This document shows, piece after piece, positions 33,986 through 44,394 of a DNA stretch of 46,017 bases. The notes beneath the pieces were generated by a model. That model did not search any database, was not told the origin of the DNA, and was given only the letters and a program-made list of their open reading frames with translations. The position numbers and the translations under genes are program-made. This stretch comes from Burkholderiaceae bacterium (lineage in GTDB: Bacteria; Pseudomonadota; Gammaproteobacteria; Burkholderiales; Burkholderiaceae_C), in NCBI GenBank assembly GCA_019745615.1, contig JAIESZ010000110.1:1-46017 (forward strand). The letters are read 5' to 3'. Each line of letters begins with the position of its first letter. Position 1 is the stretch's first letter.

Positions 33986-35773
33986 ATGAGATTTGATGAT
34001 ATGCGGGTATCGCACAAATTGTGGGGTGCGATTTTGGGCTTAGTGCTGGTGATGATGGCAGCCCTCTTTTTTATGCAGCAACGGGCTAACACCGCCATGG
34101 TGCAAGTGCTGCGCGATGTGGCCCTCCATGAAGAAATGATTACCTTGGCCACACGCTGGGAGGGCCTGACCGAAGTAGTGGTAGAGCGCATCGCTGCCAC
34201 CATCACAATTGAAAACCCCGAAGTGACCAACGCCCTAAGCCAGCGTTCGGCCGCTAACTCGGCCAAAGTCAATGAAACACAGGCCCGCATCCGTGAGTTG
34301 GCAACCTCCGAGCAAGACAAGCAGATGCTAGAGAAAATAGGCCATGCCCGCACCGCTACCTTGGCATTGTTCAAAAAAATTCCAGAGATCAAAGCCAACG
34401 GCAACATGGAGACGGTCGTCCGATTTTCCAACGAGCAGTTTTTGCCCGCCGCAGAGCGCTATGTGGGTACCCTGCGCGAGTTTGTACAACTGCAAAAAAC
34501 GCAACGCGATACACGGCTACAGCAGGCGGAAGAGGCTCGCCAGCACAGCACTTGGCTGGGGGTGGGTGTAGCGGCGCTGGTGTTGCTGGTAGCCGTGCTG
34601 CTGTCGTGGGCACTGGTGCGTTCTATCACCGCCCCTCTGCACCAGGTAGTGCAAGTGGCCCAGACCATTGGAGCTGGCGACTTGACACAAACAATACAAA
34701 CTCAACGCCAAGACGAGTTTGGTGATTTGATGCGCGCCTTTACCCAGATGTCTGAACGCCTGCGCAGCCTGGTGGCCGAAGTGCGCGCTGGTGTCAATTC
34801 GGTGTCTTCGGCGGCAGGGCAAATTGCCAATGGCAACCACGACCTTTCGGCGCGCACCGAGCAAACCGCCGCCAATTTGCAGCAAACAGCGGCCAGCATG
34901 GAACAGCTCACGGCCACCGTCACCCAATCAGTGGATACGGCGCGCCAAGCCAACCAGTTGGCCAGCATGGCAGCACAATCGGCCCAGCGCGGTGGTGAGG
35001 TGGTCAATCAAGTGGTCAGCAGCATGCAGCAGATCACCGACAGCTCGCGCAAAATTGCCGACATCATCGGCGTGATTGATGGCATTGCCTTTCAGACCAA
35101 CATTTTGGCACTCAATGCAGCGGTAGAAGCCGCACGCGCTGGCGAACAAGGCCGGGGCTTTGCCGTGGTAGCGTCTGAAGTGCGCAGTTTGGCCGGGCGC
35201 AGCGCCGAAGCGGCCAAAGAGATCAAAGCCCTGATTGACACCTCGGTGGCCAATGTTGAGGCAGGCTCGCAGCAAGTCGCCCAAGCGGGCCAAAGCATGG
35301 GCCAGATTGTCAGTGGTGTGCAACGCGTCAGTGACCTGATCGGCGAGATCACCGCCTCGTCCACTGAGCAGCGCGATGGCATTGCCCAAGTCAATGTGGC
35401 AGTGACCAACCTAGACCAAATGACGCAGCAAAACGCGGCGCTGGTCGAGGAGTCTGCTGCCGCCGCCAGCGCCATGCGCGATCAAGCGCAGCGCTTGTCA
35501 GACGTGGTGTCTGTGTTTAACGTCGGTGCATCCTTGGCTGCTAGCACGGCCAACACCAGCAGCGCGCCACGCCGACCGACGTCCCCACCACCACCCATAC
35601 GAGCCAAAGCCGTGCCCGCGCCAACAGCGCGTGCCACTGCGCAGCCAGCGGTGGCGACACCAGCACGCCCTAGCGCGCCGCCCAAAGCCGCACCTGCACG
35701 TATTGCCGCACCAGCCCCTGCACTAGCGCACCGCAGCACCACGGGGGCCGACGACGACTGGGAAAGCTTCTAA
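33986..35773 (+). CDS. Methyl-accepting chemotaxis protein (4HB sensor, C-terminal DWESF pentapeptide)
   Basis: Two [36 protein letters not shown]; AGGGAGG RBS. Confidence 0.96.
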   Translation: MRFDDMRVSHKLWGAILGLVLVMMAALFFMQQRANTAMVQVLRDVALHEEMITLATRWEGLTEVVVERIAATITIENPEVTNALSQRSAANSAKVNETQARIRELATSEQDKQMLEKIGHARTATLALFKKIPEIKANGNMETVVRFSNEQFLPAAERYVGTLREFVQLQKTQRDTRLQQAEEARQHSTWLGVGVAALVLLVAVLLSWALVRSITAPLHQVVQVAQTIGAGDLTQTIQTQRQDEFGDLMRAFTQMSERLRSLVAEVRAGVNSVSSAAGQIANGNHDLSARTEQTAANLQQTAASMEQLTATVTQSVDTARQANQLASMAAQSAQRGGEVVNQVVSSMQQITDSSRKIADIIGVIDGIAFQTNILALNAAVEAARAGEQGRGFAVVASEVRSLAGRSAEAAKEIKALIDTSVANVEAGSQQVAQAGQSMGQIVSGVQRVSDLIGEITASSTEQRDGIAQVNVAVTNLDQMTQQNAALVEESAAAASAMRDQAQRLSDVVSVFNVGASLAASTANTSSAPRRPTSPPPPIRAKAVPAPTARATAQPAVATPARPSAPPKAAPARIAAPAPALAHRSTTGADDDWESF

Positions 35774-35782
35774 GCACTAGGC

Positions 35783-36421
35783 TTAGGTGCCCCCAACGTA
35801 AGGGTTGCTTTGGCGCTCACGGCCAAAGGTGCTCTCAGGGCCGTGGCCGGGAATAAACACGGTTTGATTGCCCATCGGCCACAAGCGCTGGGTAATGCTG
35901 TCAATCAATTGTTCGTGGTTGCCTTGCGGAAAATCCGTGCGGCCAATGCTGCCAGCAAACAGCACATCGCCCACAAAAGCGCGGTCAATCTGCGGCGCAT
36001 GGAACACGACATGGCCCGGCGTGTGGCCGGGGCAGTGGCGCACTTGCAGGGTCTCGTTGCCCACGGTCACGGTATCGCCATCGGCCAGCCAGCGCGTGGG
36101 CGTAAAAGGCTGGGCGGGCGCAAAGCCAAAGCGCTGGCTTTGCATGGCCAAGCCATCAATCCAAAACTGATCGCCGGGGTGTGGCCCCACGATAGGCAGG
36201 TGCAGACGCTCGGCCAGCTCGCCGGTGCCACCAGCGTGGTCGATATGGGCGTGGGTGAGCCAAAGCTGGGTGAGCGTCAGGCCCAAGCGTTGAATTTCAG
36301 CCAGCAGGAGATCAATCTCGCCACCGGGGTCAATGATGGCCGCTTGGTGCGTGGCATCGCACCAAACGATAGAACAGTTTTGCTGAAACGGCGTAACAGG
36401 AACGGTCAAGTATTGAAGCAT
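35783..36421 (-). CDS. MBL-fold metallohydrolase (YcbL/GloC-like)
   Basis: THAHIDH, PGHTPGH, GDVLFAGSIGRTDFP, PGHGP. Confidence 0.92.
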   Translation of the reverse strand: MLQYLTVPVTPFQQNCSIVWCDATHQAAIIDPGGEIDLLLAEIQRLGLTLTQLWLTHAHIDHAGGTGELAERLHLPIVGPHPGDQFWIDGLAMQSQRFGFAPAQPFTPTRWLADGDTVTVGNETLQVRHCPGHTPGHVVFHAPQIDRAFVGDVLFAGSIGRTDFPQGNHEQLIDSITQRLWPMGNQTVFIPGHGPESTFGRERQSNPYVGGT

Positions 36422-36590
36422 AAAGGAAGTGCGGCCAAAGCGTGGCGCAGTGTGCAAGGAAGGCAGAACAATAGCGCAAGCTTGCCACAAGCTCCAAGGT
36501 GTGCGTTGGGCGCACGCACATTTCACGAGGCCCACTACTGCTCGTACCGAGGACAGAGTAAGAACAGGCAATTTATTAATTGCCAAGCAA

Positions 36591-36838
36591 CGTCACAAAA
36601 TATCGACGTGATGTATTCAACGCCCAAATCCTGAACGATCTACGCCCCATCTTTGCCAAGGTCTGCACCGACTTTGAAGCCGAACTGGTCGAGTTCGACG
36701 GGGAAGATAACCATGTGCATTTGCTGGTGAACTATCCACCCAAGGTTTCGGTCTCTGCCTTGGTCAACAGCCTCAAGGGCGTATCGAGCAGGATGATTCG
36801 ACAAAAAAACTATCCCAGCATCCAACAAAAACTCTGGG
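36591..36838 (+). pseudogene. tnpA: Internal fragment of IS200/IS605 TnpA (Y1 HUH transposase)
   Basis: VTKYRR.VF, GEDNHVHLLV.YPP, LVNSLKGVSSR; lacks N-terminus and the catalytic-Tyr C-terminus. Confidence 0.85.
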
Positions 36839-37217
36839 ATCAAACGAGGCCCAATAGTTCAGGGCTATCCACTGCACCACCCCACCCAAACGCTGCCCCA
36901 CACAGGCAGCATGGGCTAGTAACTGCGAGGATTATTGGAGCACGTTGGGCAAGGCCGGGCGGCCTTTAGCCCGGCGCACTTGTTGCCAAGCCTGTAGCGC
37001 GCCGGCAAATTGGGGCGGCCAATAGAAAACATTTCGGTCACGGCAGCCCTCGTAGACAAGCTGCTGATGGGCTTGTTGAAGCAATTTCCTGATATCGAGC
37101 AACGTCTGGAGAAATTTTGACCGAATCCATTGACCCTGCCTCCTGTGTTCGTCTATAACCGCCCCCCTAGTCGGGCACAATGAAACCAAAAAATCTATCA
37201 CTCTTGGAGGGTCTCCT

Positions 37218-39083
37218 ATGGTTAGCAGTTTGCGCACGCGCCTAACGCTTTTTAGCATTGCCATCACCACTATTTCTTTGTTGGTACTCACGGGTGTAAC
37301 GCTGTGGATGGTGCGCGATCATCTGCTTAAGGCGCAAGATCAACGCATGGGCGAACTGACAAACCTTCACGCCGCCGACTTGGCTGCAATGGTGAAAGAC
37401 AAGCGTAAAGCCACCAGCGCCATTAAAGCGGCCGTGAACACAGGGCAAGACCCTTCGGCACTGGCACCCGACCCGATTCCGATGCTCAAGGTTATCAAAG
37501 AGGCAGGCGGACTCGATGGTGCGTTTTTTGTCTATTCTGACAAGCGCTTTGCTTTCATCCGCAAGATGCCTGCAGACTTCGATGGTACCCAACGCCCTTG
37601 GTACAAGCAGGCAGTGGCCACGGGGGGCTCCATCCTGACCGCTCCCTACATCGACATGATTTACAAAAAGCTCACCTTCGCCTTTGCCGAGCCGGTAATG
37701 CACAACGGCCAAGTGATTGCGGTGGTGGGCTCGAACATGACCATCGATAGCATCAACCGTACCATCGCCAATATCCACCCCACCGATAAAAGCTTTGCCT
37801 TTTTAATCAATGACGATGGCAAAATTTTGGCCTACCCCAAGGCTGATCTGGTGCTCAAGCCGGTATCAGACATTGCACCCAGCCTCAATACCGAACTGAT
37901 CCAACAATTGACCCGCCAAGGCGGCTATACCAAGGTCGCTATTGATGGTGCCGACCACATGCTTTATGCCGCCAAGGTCGAAGGCACCCCTTGGCTGTTA
38001 GCCATTGGCGTGGACTACAACGAAGCCATGCAGCCACTGCACCAGCAGTTGCAGGTGGCTGCCCTCATTGCCGTGCTGTGCGTACTAGCGGCTATCGTGG
38101 TGGTGAAAACGGTGGTCGGCAGCCAGTTGCAGCGCCTGACCCGCGTGCGCGACGCCCTGCAAGACATCGCCAGTGGCGAAGGTGACCTGACCCGTCGTAT
38201 CTCGGAAAGTGGTAACGATGAACTGACACACATTGCCAAAGCGTTCAACCAGTTTGTGGACAAAATGGCCTTGGTGCTACAACAGATTCGCACCTCGTCT
38301 GACGCTGTGCGCATGGCTTCGCACGAAATTGCCAACGGCAACCAAGACCTGTCTATCCGCACCGAACAGCAAGCCAGCTCTCTACAACAAACCGCTACCG
38401 CGATGGAGGACTTGACCACCACCGTGCAGCAAAACGCCGAAAATGCCCGCCAAGCCAATCAACTGGCCAGTGATGCCTCTCAAATCGCTGCCCACGGCGG
38501 ACAAGTGGTTGGACAGGTAGTGCAGACCATGGGCGGCATTGACACAGCATCGCGCAAAATTGTGGACATCATTAGCGTGATTGACGGCATTGCTTTCCAG
38601 ACCAATATCTTGGCGCTCAATGCCGCAGTAGAGGCGGCCCGTGCTGGCGAGCAAGGCCGGGGCTTTGCCGTCGTGGCCGCCGAAGTGCGCACGCTGGCAC
38701 AGCGCAGTGCCAATGCTGCCAAGGAAATCAAGACCCTGATCGACGCTTCGGTGGCCCAAGTCAATGCCGGCAGTCAATTAGTGCATGATGCCGGGGAGAC
38801 GATGGAGAAGGTGGTCGAGAGCATCCGCCGTGTCAGTGCCATCGTTGCTGAAATCAGCGCCGCCAGTCAAACACAGAGCAATGGCATTGCTGGAGTGGGC
38901 CAGTCTGTGACGCTGATGGACCAAAGCACGCAGCAAAATGCGGCCTTGGTTGAACAGGCTGCTGCGGCAGCTCAGTCGCTGCAACAACAAGCCAGCCAGT
39001 TGGCTAACGTAGTAGCAGGCTTTAAATTGTCTGGCGAGCAGTCCTCTGCAACGCAGGTGCCACCAGCGCGGCGCTTACGCTGA
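37218..39083 (+). CDS. Methyl-accepting chemotaxis protein with dCache sensor
   Basis: RPWYKQA...TAPYID Cache motif, HAMP, MCP signalling domain; GGAGG RBS. Confidence 0.95.
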   Translation: MVSSLRTRLTLFSIAITTISLLVLTGVTLWMVRDHLLKAQDQRMGELTNLHAADLAAMVKDKRKATSAIKAAVNTGQDPSALAPDPIPMLKVIKEAGGLDGAFFVYSDKRFAFIRKMPADFDGTQRPWYKQAVATGGSILTAPYIDMIYKKLTFAFAEPVMHNGQVIAVVGSNMTIDSINRTIANIHPTDKSFAFLINDDGKILAYPKADLVLKPVSDIAPSLNTELIQQLTRQGGYTKVAIDGADHMLYAAKVEGTPWLLAIGVDYNEAMQPLHQQLQVAALIAVLCVLAAIVVVKTVVGSQLQRLTRVRDALQDIASGEGDLTRRISESGNDELTHIAKAFNQFVDKMALVLQQIRTSSDAVRMASHEIANGNQDLSIRTEQQASSLQQTATAMEDLTTTVQQNAENARQANQLASDASQIAAHGGQVVGQVVQTMGGIDTASRKIVDIISVIDGIAFQTNILALNAAVEAARAGEQGRGFAVVAAEVRTLAQRSANAAKEIKTLIDASVAQVNAGSQLVHDAGETMEKVVESIRRVSAIVAEISAASQTQSNGIAGVGQSVTLMDQSTQQNAALVEQAAAAAQSLQQQASQLANVVAGFKLSGEQSSATQVPPARRLR

Positions 39084-39154
39084 CAGGCCACTGGGGGTTG
39101 CCGCGATGCTGCTCCCAGTGTTTCAGGGATTTATTGCTTTTGAGGAAATAAGAT

Positions 39155-39994
39155 ATGCAACACACCGAAGCCCTCAAATCCATTCGCAATAAAATTATCC
39201 CCATTTTTCTGTTAGTGCCCGTAGCGTTCTTTGGCTTTCACAGCTTTACGCGCATCAAAACCGGCGAGGTGGGGGTGCGGGTAGACTTTTCAAAAGAAGT
39301 ACAGCCCGGAGAATTATTGCCCGGCAGTTGGAATCAAAACCTGATTGGCACTATTTTAACCTTTCCGGTGCGTGACATTACTATCTCGCTCGACAATAAA
39401 ACACCCCTCACCGCTGATAATAGTGCCTTGGCCGATTTTGACATTTCTGTGGTTTATGAAATAAACCCCGGATCGGTGGCCGAGTTGTATTCTAAAAAAG
39501 CCAAATCGTTTCACCAGATCAGTGATGGTGATTGGTTGCTCATGTACAACTATGTTGGCACGCTGGTTAATAATGCAGCATATAAGGCGATACGCCAATA
39601 CAAAGCATTGGAAGTGGCCGACAACCGTTCTAAGCTAGAGCAAGAAATCCGTCAGCACGTGACGGAACAATTGGCTTCTGAAAAACTAGAAAATGCTATT
39701 CATATCACGGTGGTGCAAATTCGCAATGTACAACCCAACGCTGAAATTTTGCGCTCGGCCACTGAGTATGTTCGGGCACAAAACGAATTACGCGTCAAAG
39801 AAACCGAAGTAGAAATCGCCAAAAAAGAATCTGAGCGCATGGCAGCATTGGCAGTCAATAGCGCACAAAGCATTGCTTATATGCAGGCACAAGCACAATT
39901 AAAAATTGCCGAAGGTATTGCGGCGGGCAAGGTCAATACCATTGTGGTGCCAATGGATTTTCGGGGAATGGTCAATATTGGGGCCAAGAATTAA
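39155..39994 (+). CDS. SPFH/prohibitin (Band 7) domain protein
   Basis: N-terminal TM, I.TGEVGV, IRNVQ and coiled-coil C-terminus. Confidence 0.82.
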   Translation: MQHTEALKSIRNKIIPIFLLVPVAFFGFHSFTRIKTGEVGVRVDFSKEVQPGELLPGSWNQNLIGTILTFPVRDITISLDNKTPLTADNSALADFDISVVYEINPGSVAELYSKKAKSFHQISDGDWLLMYNYVGTLVNNAAYKAIRQYKALEVADNRSKLEQEIRQHVTEQLASEKLENAIHITVVQIRNVQPNAEILRSATEYVRAQNELRVKETEVEIAKKESERMAALAVNSAQSIAYMQAQAQLKIAEGIAAGKVNTIVVPMDFRGMVNIGAKN

Positions 39995-40012
39995 GCAACG
40001 CGACACCACTGC

Positions 40013-40756
40013 TCAATCGGCCAGTGGATGAGGCAGCGGTTCTAGTGGTGGTGCGGCTTCGTCGTGAGCGCCGGGCAGCACCAAGCGGCCATCGCGCAGC
40101 GCTTGCAGCAGCAGGTGTGGCGTCGTGCAGATGTGCGCTTCCAGCGCCAGCGCAGCACGGGCTTCGTGTCCGGCCAAGGCCAGTTCGTAAATTTCGCGGT
40201 GCTCGGCATGAACATCGCGCAGCAAGCCCGGCAGGCCCATCGCGTAGCGCCGGTAGCGCTCGCTGTGGCGCGACAGCAGGCGCAATACTTTTTGTGTCCA
40301 CGCTGAGGGGCGGCCATTGAGCAGTGCTTCATGAAACCGCACGTTCAGCGCTTCCCATTGCGGGCGTTGCGCGGCGCGGATGGGGTAATCGACGGCATTC
40401 AGGGCGGCATAACTGGCGTGCAGGGCTTGCCGCCAAGCCTCGCCGCCATAGCGCATGGACTGGCGCAGACCCTCGGTTTCAATCAGTACGCGCAAGCGCG
40501 TGAGTTCTTCGAGGTCTTCGATGGCAATGGGCGTGACGCGAAAGCCACGCTGGCCCTCGGCAGTCACCAAGGCATCACTGACCAAGCGGGTGACGGCTTC
40601 GCGCAGCGTCCCAGCGCCCACGCCATACTGCTGGCGCAGGTGCTCAATGCGCAACTTGCTGCCCGGTGCCAGTTGGCCCTCAATGATGGCGTGGCGCAGC
40701 CGGTTGTAGGTTTGTTCGGTCAGGGTGCGCGAAGGGTCGCTGCCATCGTCGGGCAT
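40013..40756 (-). CDS. aphS: GntR/FCD-family regulator (AphS/PhcS-like repressor of phenol genes)
   Basis: LRHAIIEGQLAPGSKL...LREA..L...GQRGF; RFHEAL; downstream of the activator. Confidence 0.75.
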   Translation of the reverse strand: MPDDGSDPSRTLTEQTYNRLRHAIIEGQLAPGSKLRIEHLRQQYGVGAGTLREAVTRLVSDALVTAEGQRGFRVTPIAIEDLEELTRLRVLIETEGLRQSMRYGGEAWRQALHASYAALNAVDYPIRAAQRPQWEALNVRFHEALLNGRPSAWTQKVLRLLSRHSERYRRYAMGLPGLLRDVHAEHREIYELALAGHEARAALALEAHICTTPHLLLQALRDGRLVLPGAHDEAAPPLEPLPHPLAD

Positions 40757-40814
40757 GTCGCTGATCGTATCGGGAAGAAAAAACGCGCGTTTGACCATCA
40801 GCACCTCTGGAACA

Positions 40815-42512
40815 TCAGGACGGCGCGCGCTCGTTCAGGCGCGACAGCCGGTAGCTCAGTTGGGGCCGCGTCAGGCCTAAGGTACGCGCTGCGGCAGACA
40901 GGTTGCCACCGGCACGGGCCACGGCCTCGCGGATCAGGGTGTCTTCTAGCGCTTCCAAGGATAGACCGCTGTGCAACAGCGTATCGTATAGCTGTGCCGA
41001 TTGTGCCGCCGGGGCGGCCACGGTGCGCTCCAGCGCGCCACGGGCGTTCACAGTAGCACCGGCCTGCACCGTGATGTGCGGAAACAGCATATCGGCATCG
41101 ACGCTTTCATCCGAGGGCGTGAGGATGACGCCGCGTTCAATCAGGTTTTCTAGTTCGCGCACATTGCCCGGCCAGCGATGGGCGCGCATCGCCAGCAGCG
41201 CCCGATCCGTAAAGCCCGCCAGCCGTTTGCCGTGGCGCACGGCATACTTTTGCAGCAAGTACAGGGCGATGAGTTCGATATCGTCCACCCGTTCGCGCAG
41301 GGCCGGAATGCGGATCGGATAGACATTGAGCCGATACAACAAATCGCGCCGAAAGCGCCCTTCTTCCACGGCTTTCTCTAAATCGACATTGGTAGCGGCC
41401 ACCACGCGCACATCGACGCGCCGGGCTTCGTGCCCGCCCAAGCGTTCAATCTCACCCGTTTGCAGCACGCGCAGCAGTTTGGCCTGTACCGGCAACGGCA
41501 TTTCGCCGAGTTCGTCCAGCAGCAGGGTGCCACCGTGGGCGCGTTCAAAGCGGCCAATGCGCAGCGCCGCAGCACCGGTGTAAGCGCCCTTTTCGGCACC
41601 AAAGAGTTCGCTTTCGATCAGCTCGGCGGGCAAAGCGGCGCAGTTGACGGCCACAAAGGGCTTGTCGGCCCGTCCTCCCATCGCGTGCAGGGCGCGGGCA
41701 AAACGCTCTTTGCCGACGCCTGTCTCGCCGGTCAGCAGCACCGTGACATCGGTGGCGGCAGCCTTGCGCAGCAGCGCTGCCGTTTGCTCAAAAGCGCGTG
41801 AGCGGCCAATGATGCGGCCCAGATCGTCAGCGGGCTGCTCTAGTTGCGTGCGCAGGCTTTGCACTTGCGATTGCAGCTCATCGAGCTGCACCAACACCGA
41901 GTCGGGGTTGTAGTCGCGGGCCATCGCCTCGGCGTCAGGCCATTCTTCGGCAAAGCGGCCCTCAATGCGGCAATGGCCGTGGCCGCAGGCAGCGCATTGC
42001 ACCTCTTTGAACAGCACCGAGCGCTTAAAGAAGGCACTGGTGTAACCAGAGGCATAGCCCAACAACATCCAGCAGGTGGGTTCGTCTTGCGGGCCAAAGT
42101 CGCGCAACTGGGCTTCAACCTCCCAACTGTGATCCCAGCGGAATTTACCCAAAAAATGCCCGGCGGCTTCATCCACTTCAAAGGTTTCGGGCGTGACCTG
42201 CACCGCACCTTCCAGCATGTGCAACTGTAGGCCCACCGCAAACATGTCAAACACCGTAGCACCGGGGCGCACTTGGCAAGCCAGCAGGGCATCGCGCTCG
42301 CCAGAGGCATAACCGGCACGCAGCAACAGGCGGCGGGTTTGGGCCGGGCCTAGGGTGTTGATCAATTCACGCCGCAAGGCGTGCAGGGCGGCAGCATGTA
42401 CCAACAACATACGCTGGCCAGACAGCCAGATGCGGCCATCGCCCGCCGAAAAATGCACCAACCGACGCAGGTCGGCATCCGAGGGAAGAGCAAGGTTTTG
42501 GGGGGCAAGCAT
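40815..42512 (-). CDS. aphR: Sigma54-dependent aromatic-sensing activator (XylR/DmpR/AphR family)
   Basis: XylR_N/V4R sensor (GRIWL.GQRMLL), GETGVGKE, ELFG.EKGAYTGA, WPGNVRELEN, Fis HTH. Confidence 0.92.
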   Translation of the reverse strand: MLAPQNLALPSDADLRRLVHFSAGDGRIWLSGQRMLLVHAAALHALRRELINTLGPAQTRRLLLRAGYASGERDALLACQVRPGATVFDMFAVGLQLHMLEGAVQVTPETFEVDEAAGHFLGKFRWDHSWEVEAQLRDFGPQDEPTCWMLLGYASGYTSAFFKRSVLFKEVQCAACGHGHCRIEGRFAEEWPDAEAMARDYNPDSVLVQLDELQSQVQSLRTQLEQPADDLGRIIGRSRAFEQTAALLRKAAATDVTVLLTGETGVGKERFARALHAMGGRADKPFVAVNCAALPAELIESELFGAEKGAYTGAAALRIGRFERAHGGTLLLDELGEMPLPVQAKLLRVLQTGEIERLGGHEARRVDVRVVAATNVDLEKAVEEGRFRRDLLYRLNVYPIRIPALRERVDDIELIALYLLQKYAVRHGKRLAGFTDRALLAMRAHRWPGNVRELENLIERGVILTPSDESVDADMLFPHITVQAGATVNARGALERTVAAPAAQSAQLYDTLLHSGLSLEALEDTLIREAVARAGGNLSAAARTLGLTRPQLSYRLSRLNERAPS

Positions 42513-42574
42513 GGGCAAACTATCGATAAATTTGCGGGCAGCCCAAACAGGGTTAACCCTGAAGAAAAAGCAAA

Positions 42575-42621
42575 TTCATCAAATCAATCATTGGAATCAG
42601 CTTATTTTCACCAAATCATCA
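42575..42621. promoter_or_regulatory. Paired XylR/DmpR-type upstream activator sites
   Basis: TTCATCAAATC (42575) and TTCACCAAATC (42607), 32 bp apart, similar to TTGANCAAATC. Confidence 0.65.
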
Positions 42622-42751
42622 TATTGCGCCGCAACATTTTTTGGCAGATGAAATGAAAGCGGCACGGGGTTCAGGTACCACCCTGAAAAATAGCCGATTT
42701 TGTAGGGACAAACCCTGATTTTATCGACATTTTGGCTTTGTTGGCCCTCAG

Positions 42752-42767
42752 TGGCACAGCTCCTGCA
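42752..42767 (+). promoter_or_regulatory. Sigma54 -24/-12 promoter of the phenol hydroxylase operon
   Basis: TGGCAC-AGCTC-CTGCA. Confidence 0.85.
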
Positions 42768-42806
42768 ATGCTAGAGGCACCAGCCCAACCCGCAAGGAGC
42801 CCGCAC

Positions 42807-43040
42807 ATGACCCTACAGCCTGCCACTGCCGATGCCATCGCCTGCGATGTCTCGCGCCGGTTTGTTCGCGTGCTGCAAGTGCGCAGCAACGGCTTGGTGG
42901 AGTTTGAGTTTTCTATCGGCTGGCCTGAGTTGGCCGTCGAGCTGATGCTGCCCCGTCCAGCCTTTGATGCCTTTTGCCGGGCCAACAACGTACAGCGCTT
43001 AGACGATGGCACAGCCACCCCGGTTTCCACCCCTGTTTGA
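42807..43040 (+). CDS. dmpK: Phenol hydroxylase assembly subunit P0
   Basis: VEFEFSIG.PEL.VEL.LP..AF..FC..N.V; AAGGAG RBS. Confidence 0.9.
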   Translation: MTLQPATADAIACDVSRRFVRVLQVRSNGLVEFEFSIGWPELAVELMLPRPAFDAFCRANNVQRLDDGTATPVSTPV

Positions 43041-43060
43041 GTTTGAGGAGACAAAGCAAG

Positions 43061-44053
43061 ATGAACATCGACCTGCAAGCGCGTGAAATCAAACCGCTGC
43101 GCAACACCTTTGCCCGCGTAACGCCCTACAGCGGCGACAAGCCCGCCTCGCGCTACCAAGAGGCCACTTTGGGCGTGCAACCCACGGCCAACTTCCACTA
43201 CCGCCCGACGTGGGAGCCGGAGTTTGAGCTGTTTGACAAAGGCCGCACGGCGGTGAAGATGGCCGATTGGGACGCCCTGCGCGACCCGCGCCAGTACTAC
43301 TACGCCAACTGGACAATGGCCCGCGCCCGCCAGCAAGAGGCCATGGAGTCCAACTACCAGTTTGTGGAGTCGCGCAACCTGATCGCCAAGACCAGCGACG
43401 CCCTGCGCGCCAAAGCCGTAGAAGTGCTGATGCCCCTGCGCCATGTCGCTTGGGGTGCCAACATGAACAACTGCACCATTTGCTCACGCGGCTATGGCAC
43501 GGCGTTTACCGCCCCGGCCATGTTCCAAGCGATGGATCAGTTGGGTGTGGCCCAGTACCTGACGCGCTTGGGGCTGGCACTGGGTGAACCCGGTGCGTTA
43601 GAAGCGGGCAAAAACGCTTGGCTGCAAGACCCCCGCTGGCAGGTGCTGCGCCGCTTGGTAGAAGACACCTTGGTGGTCAACGACCCGTTTGAGCTGTTTG
43701 TGGCGCAAAACTTGGCGCTCGACGGCATGGTGTTCCCGCTGATCTACAACCACTTTATTGATGAGCAACTGGCCGTACAGGGCGGCACCGCCGTCGCCAT
43801 GCTCACCGCCTTTATGCCCGAATGGCACACCGAAGCCAACCGCTGGGTCGATGCCGTGATCAAGGTGGCCGCTGCCGACAACGCCGACAACCAATCGCTG
43901 ATCAGCAGCTGGTTCCAACGCTATGCCGACCAAGCCCAAGCGGCTTTGGCTCCGGTGGCCGAAATGGCCTTGGGTGCTGCCGGTGCCGAAGCCCTGCTGG
44001 CCGTGCGCGAAACCCTCAATGCCCGCGCCCGCAAGGCCGGTCTAACCCTCTGA
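43061..44053 (+). CDS. dmpL: Phenol hydroxylase beta subunit P1
   Basis: IKPLRNTF, ASRYQEAT, NFHYRPTW, DPRQYYY. Confidence 0.95.
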   Translation: MNIDLQAREIKPLRNTFARVTPYSGDKPASRYQEATLGVQPTANFHYRPTWEPEFELFDKGRTAVKMADWDALRDPRQYYYANWTMARARQQEAMESNYQFVESRNLIAKTSDALRAKAVEVLMPLRHVAWGANMNNCTICSRGYGTAFTAPAMFQAMDQLGVAQYLTRLGLALGEPGALEAGKNAWLQDPRWQVLRRLVEDTLVVNDPFELFVAQNLALDGMVFPLIYNHFIDEQLAVQGGTAVAMLTAFMPEWHTEANRWVDAVIKVAAADNADNQSLISSWFQRYADQAQAALAPVAEMALGAAGAEALLAVRETLNARARKAGLTL

Positions 44054-44064
44054 GAAAGTTTGTG

Positions 44065-44346
44065 ATGACCGAACCCGTTTCTAAAGTTTTCATTGCCTTC
44101 CAAGACAACGAAGAATCACGCCCGATCATCGACGCCATCTTGGCCGACAACCCCGAAGCCACCGCCGTGCACTCGCCCGGCTTGGTCAAGATCGACGCCC
44201 CTGGCCGCTTGGTGGTGCGCCGCGAGAGCATCGAAGAGCAAACCGGCCAGCGTTTTGACCTGCAACAGATTCACGTCAATCTGGTCACGCTGTCGGGCCA
44301 TATCGATGAAGACGACGACGAACTGTCGCTCAGCTGGCTGCGCTAA
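44065..44346 (+). CDS. dmpM: Phenol hydroxylase regulatory subunit P2 (MmoB/DmpM)
   Basis: VFIAFQDNEESRPI, PGLVKIDA, NLVTLSGHIDEDDD. Confidence 0.95.
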   Translation: MTEPVSKVFIAFQDNEESRPIIDAILADNPEATAVHSPGLVKIDAPGRLVVRRESIEEQTGQRFDLQQIHVNLVTLSGHIDEDDDELSLSWLR

Positions 44347-44394
44347 AGCAGCCGCCACCCTCCCCCTATTGCCGCACCCCAAGGAGACAACACC

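Noticed and set aside
36932-37291. 119-aa minus-strand ORF
   Set aside because: Overlaps the chemoreceptor start and RBS; no recognisable family.
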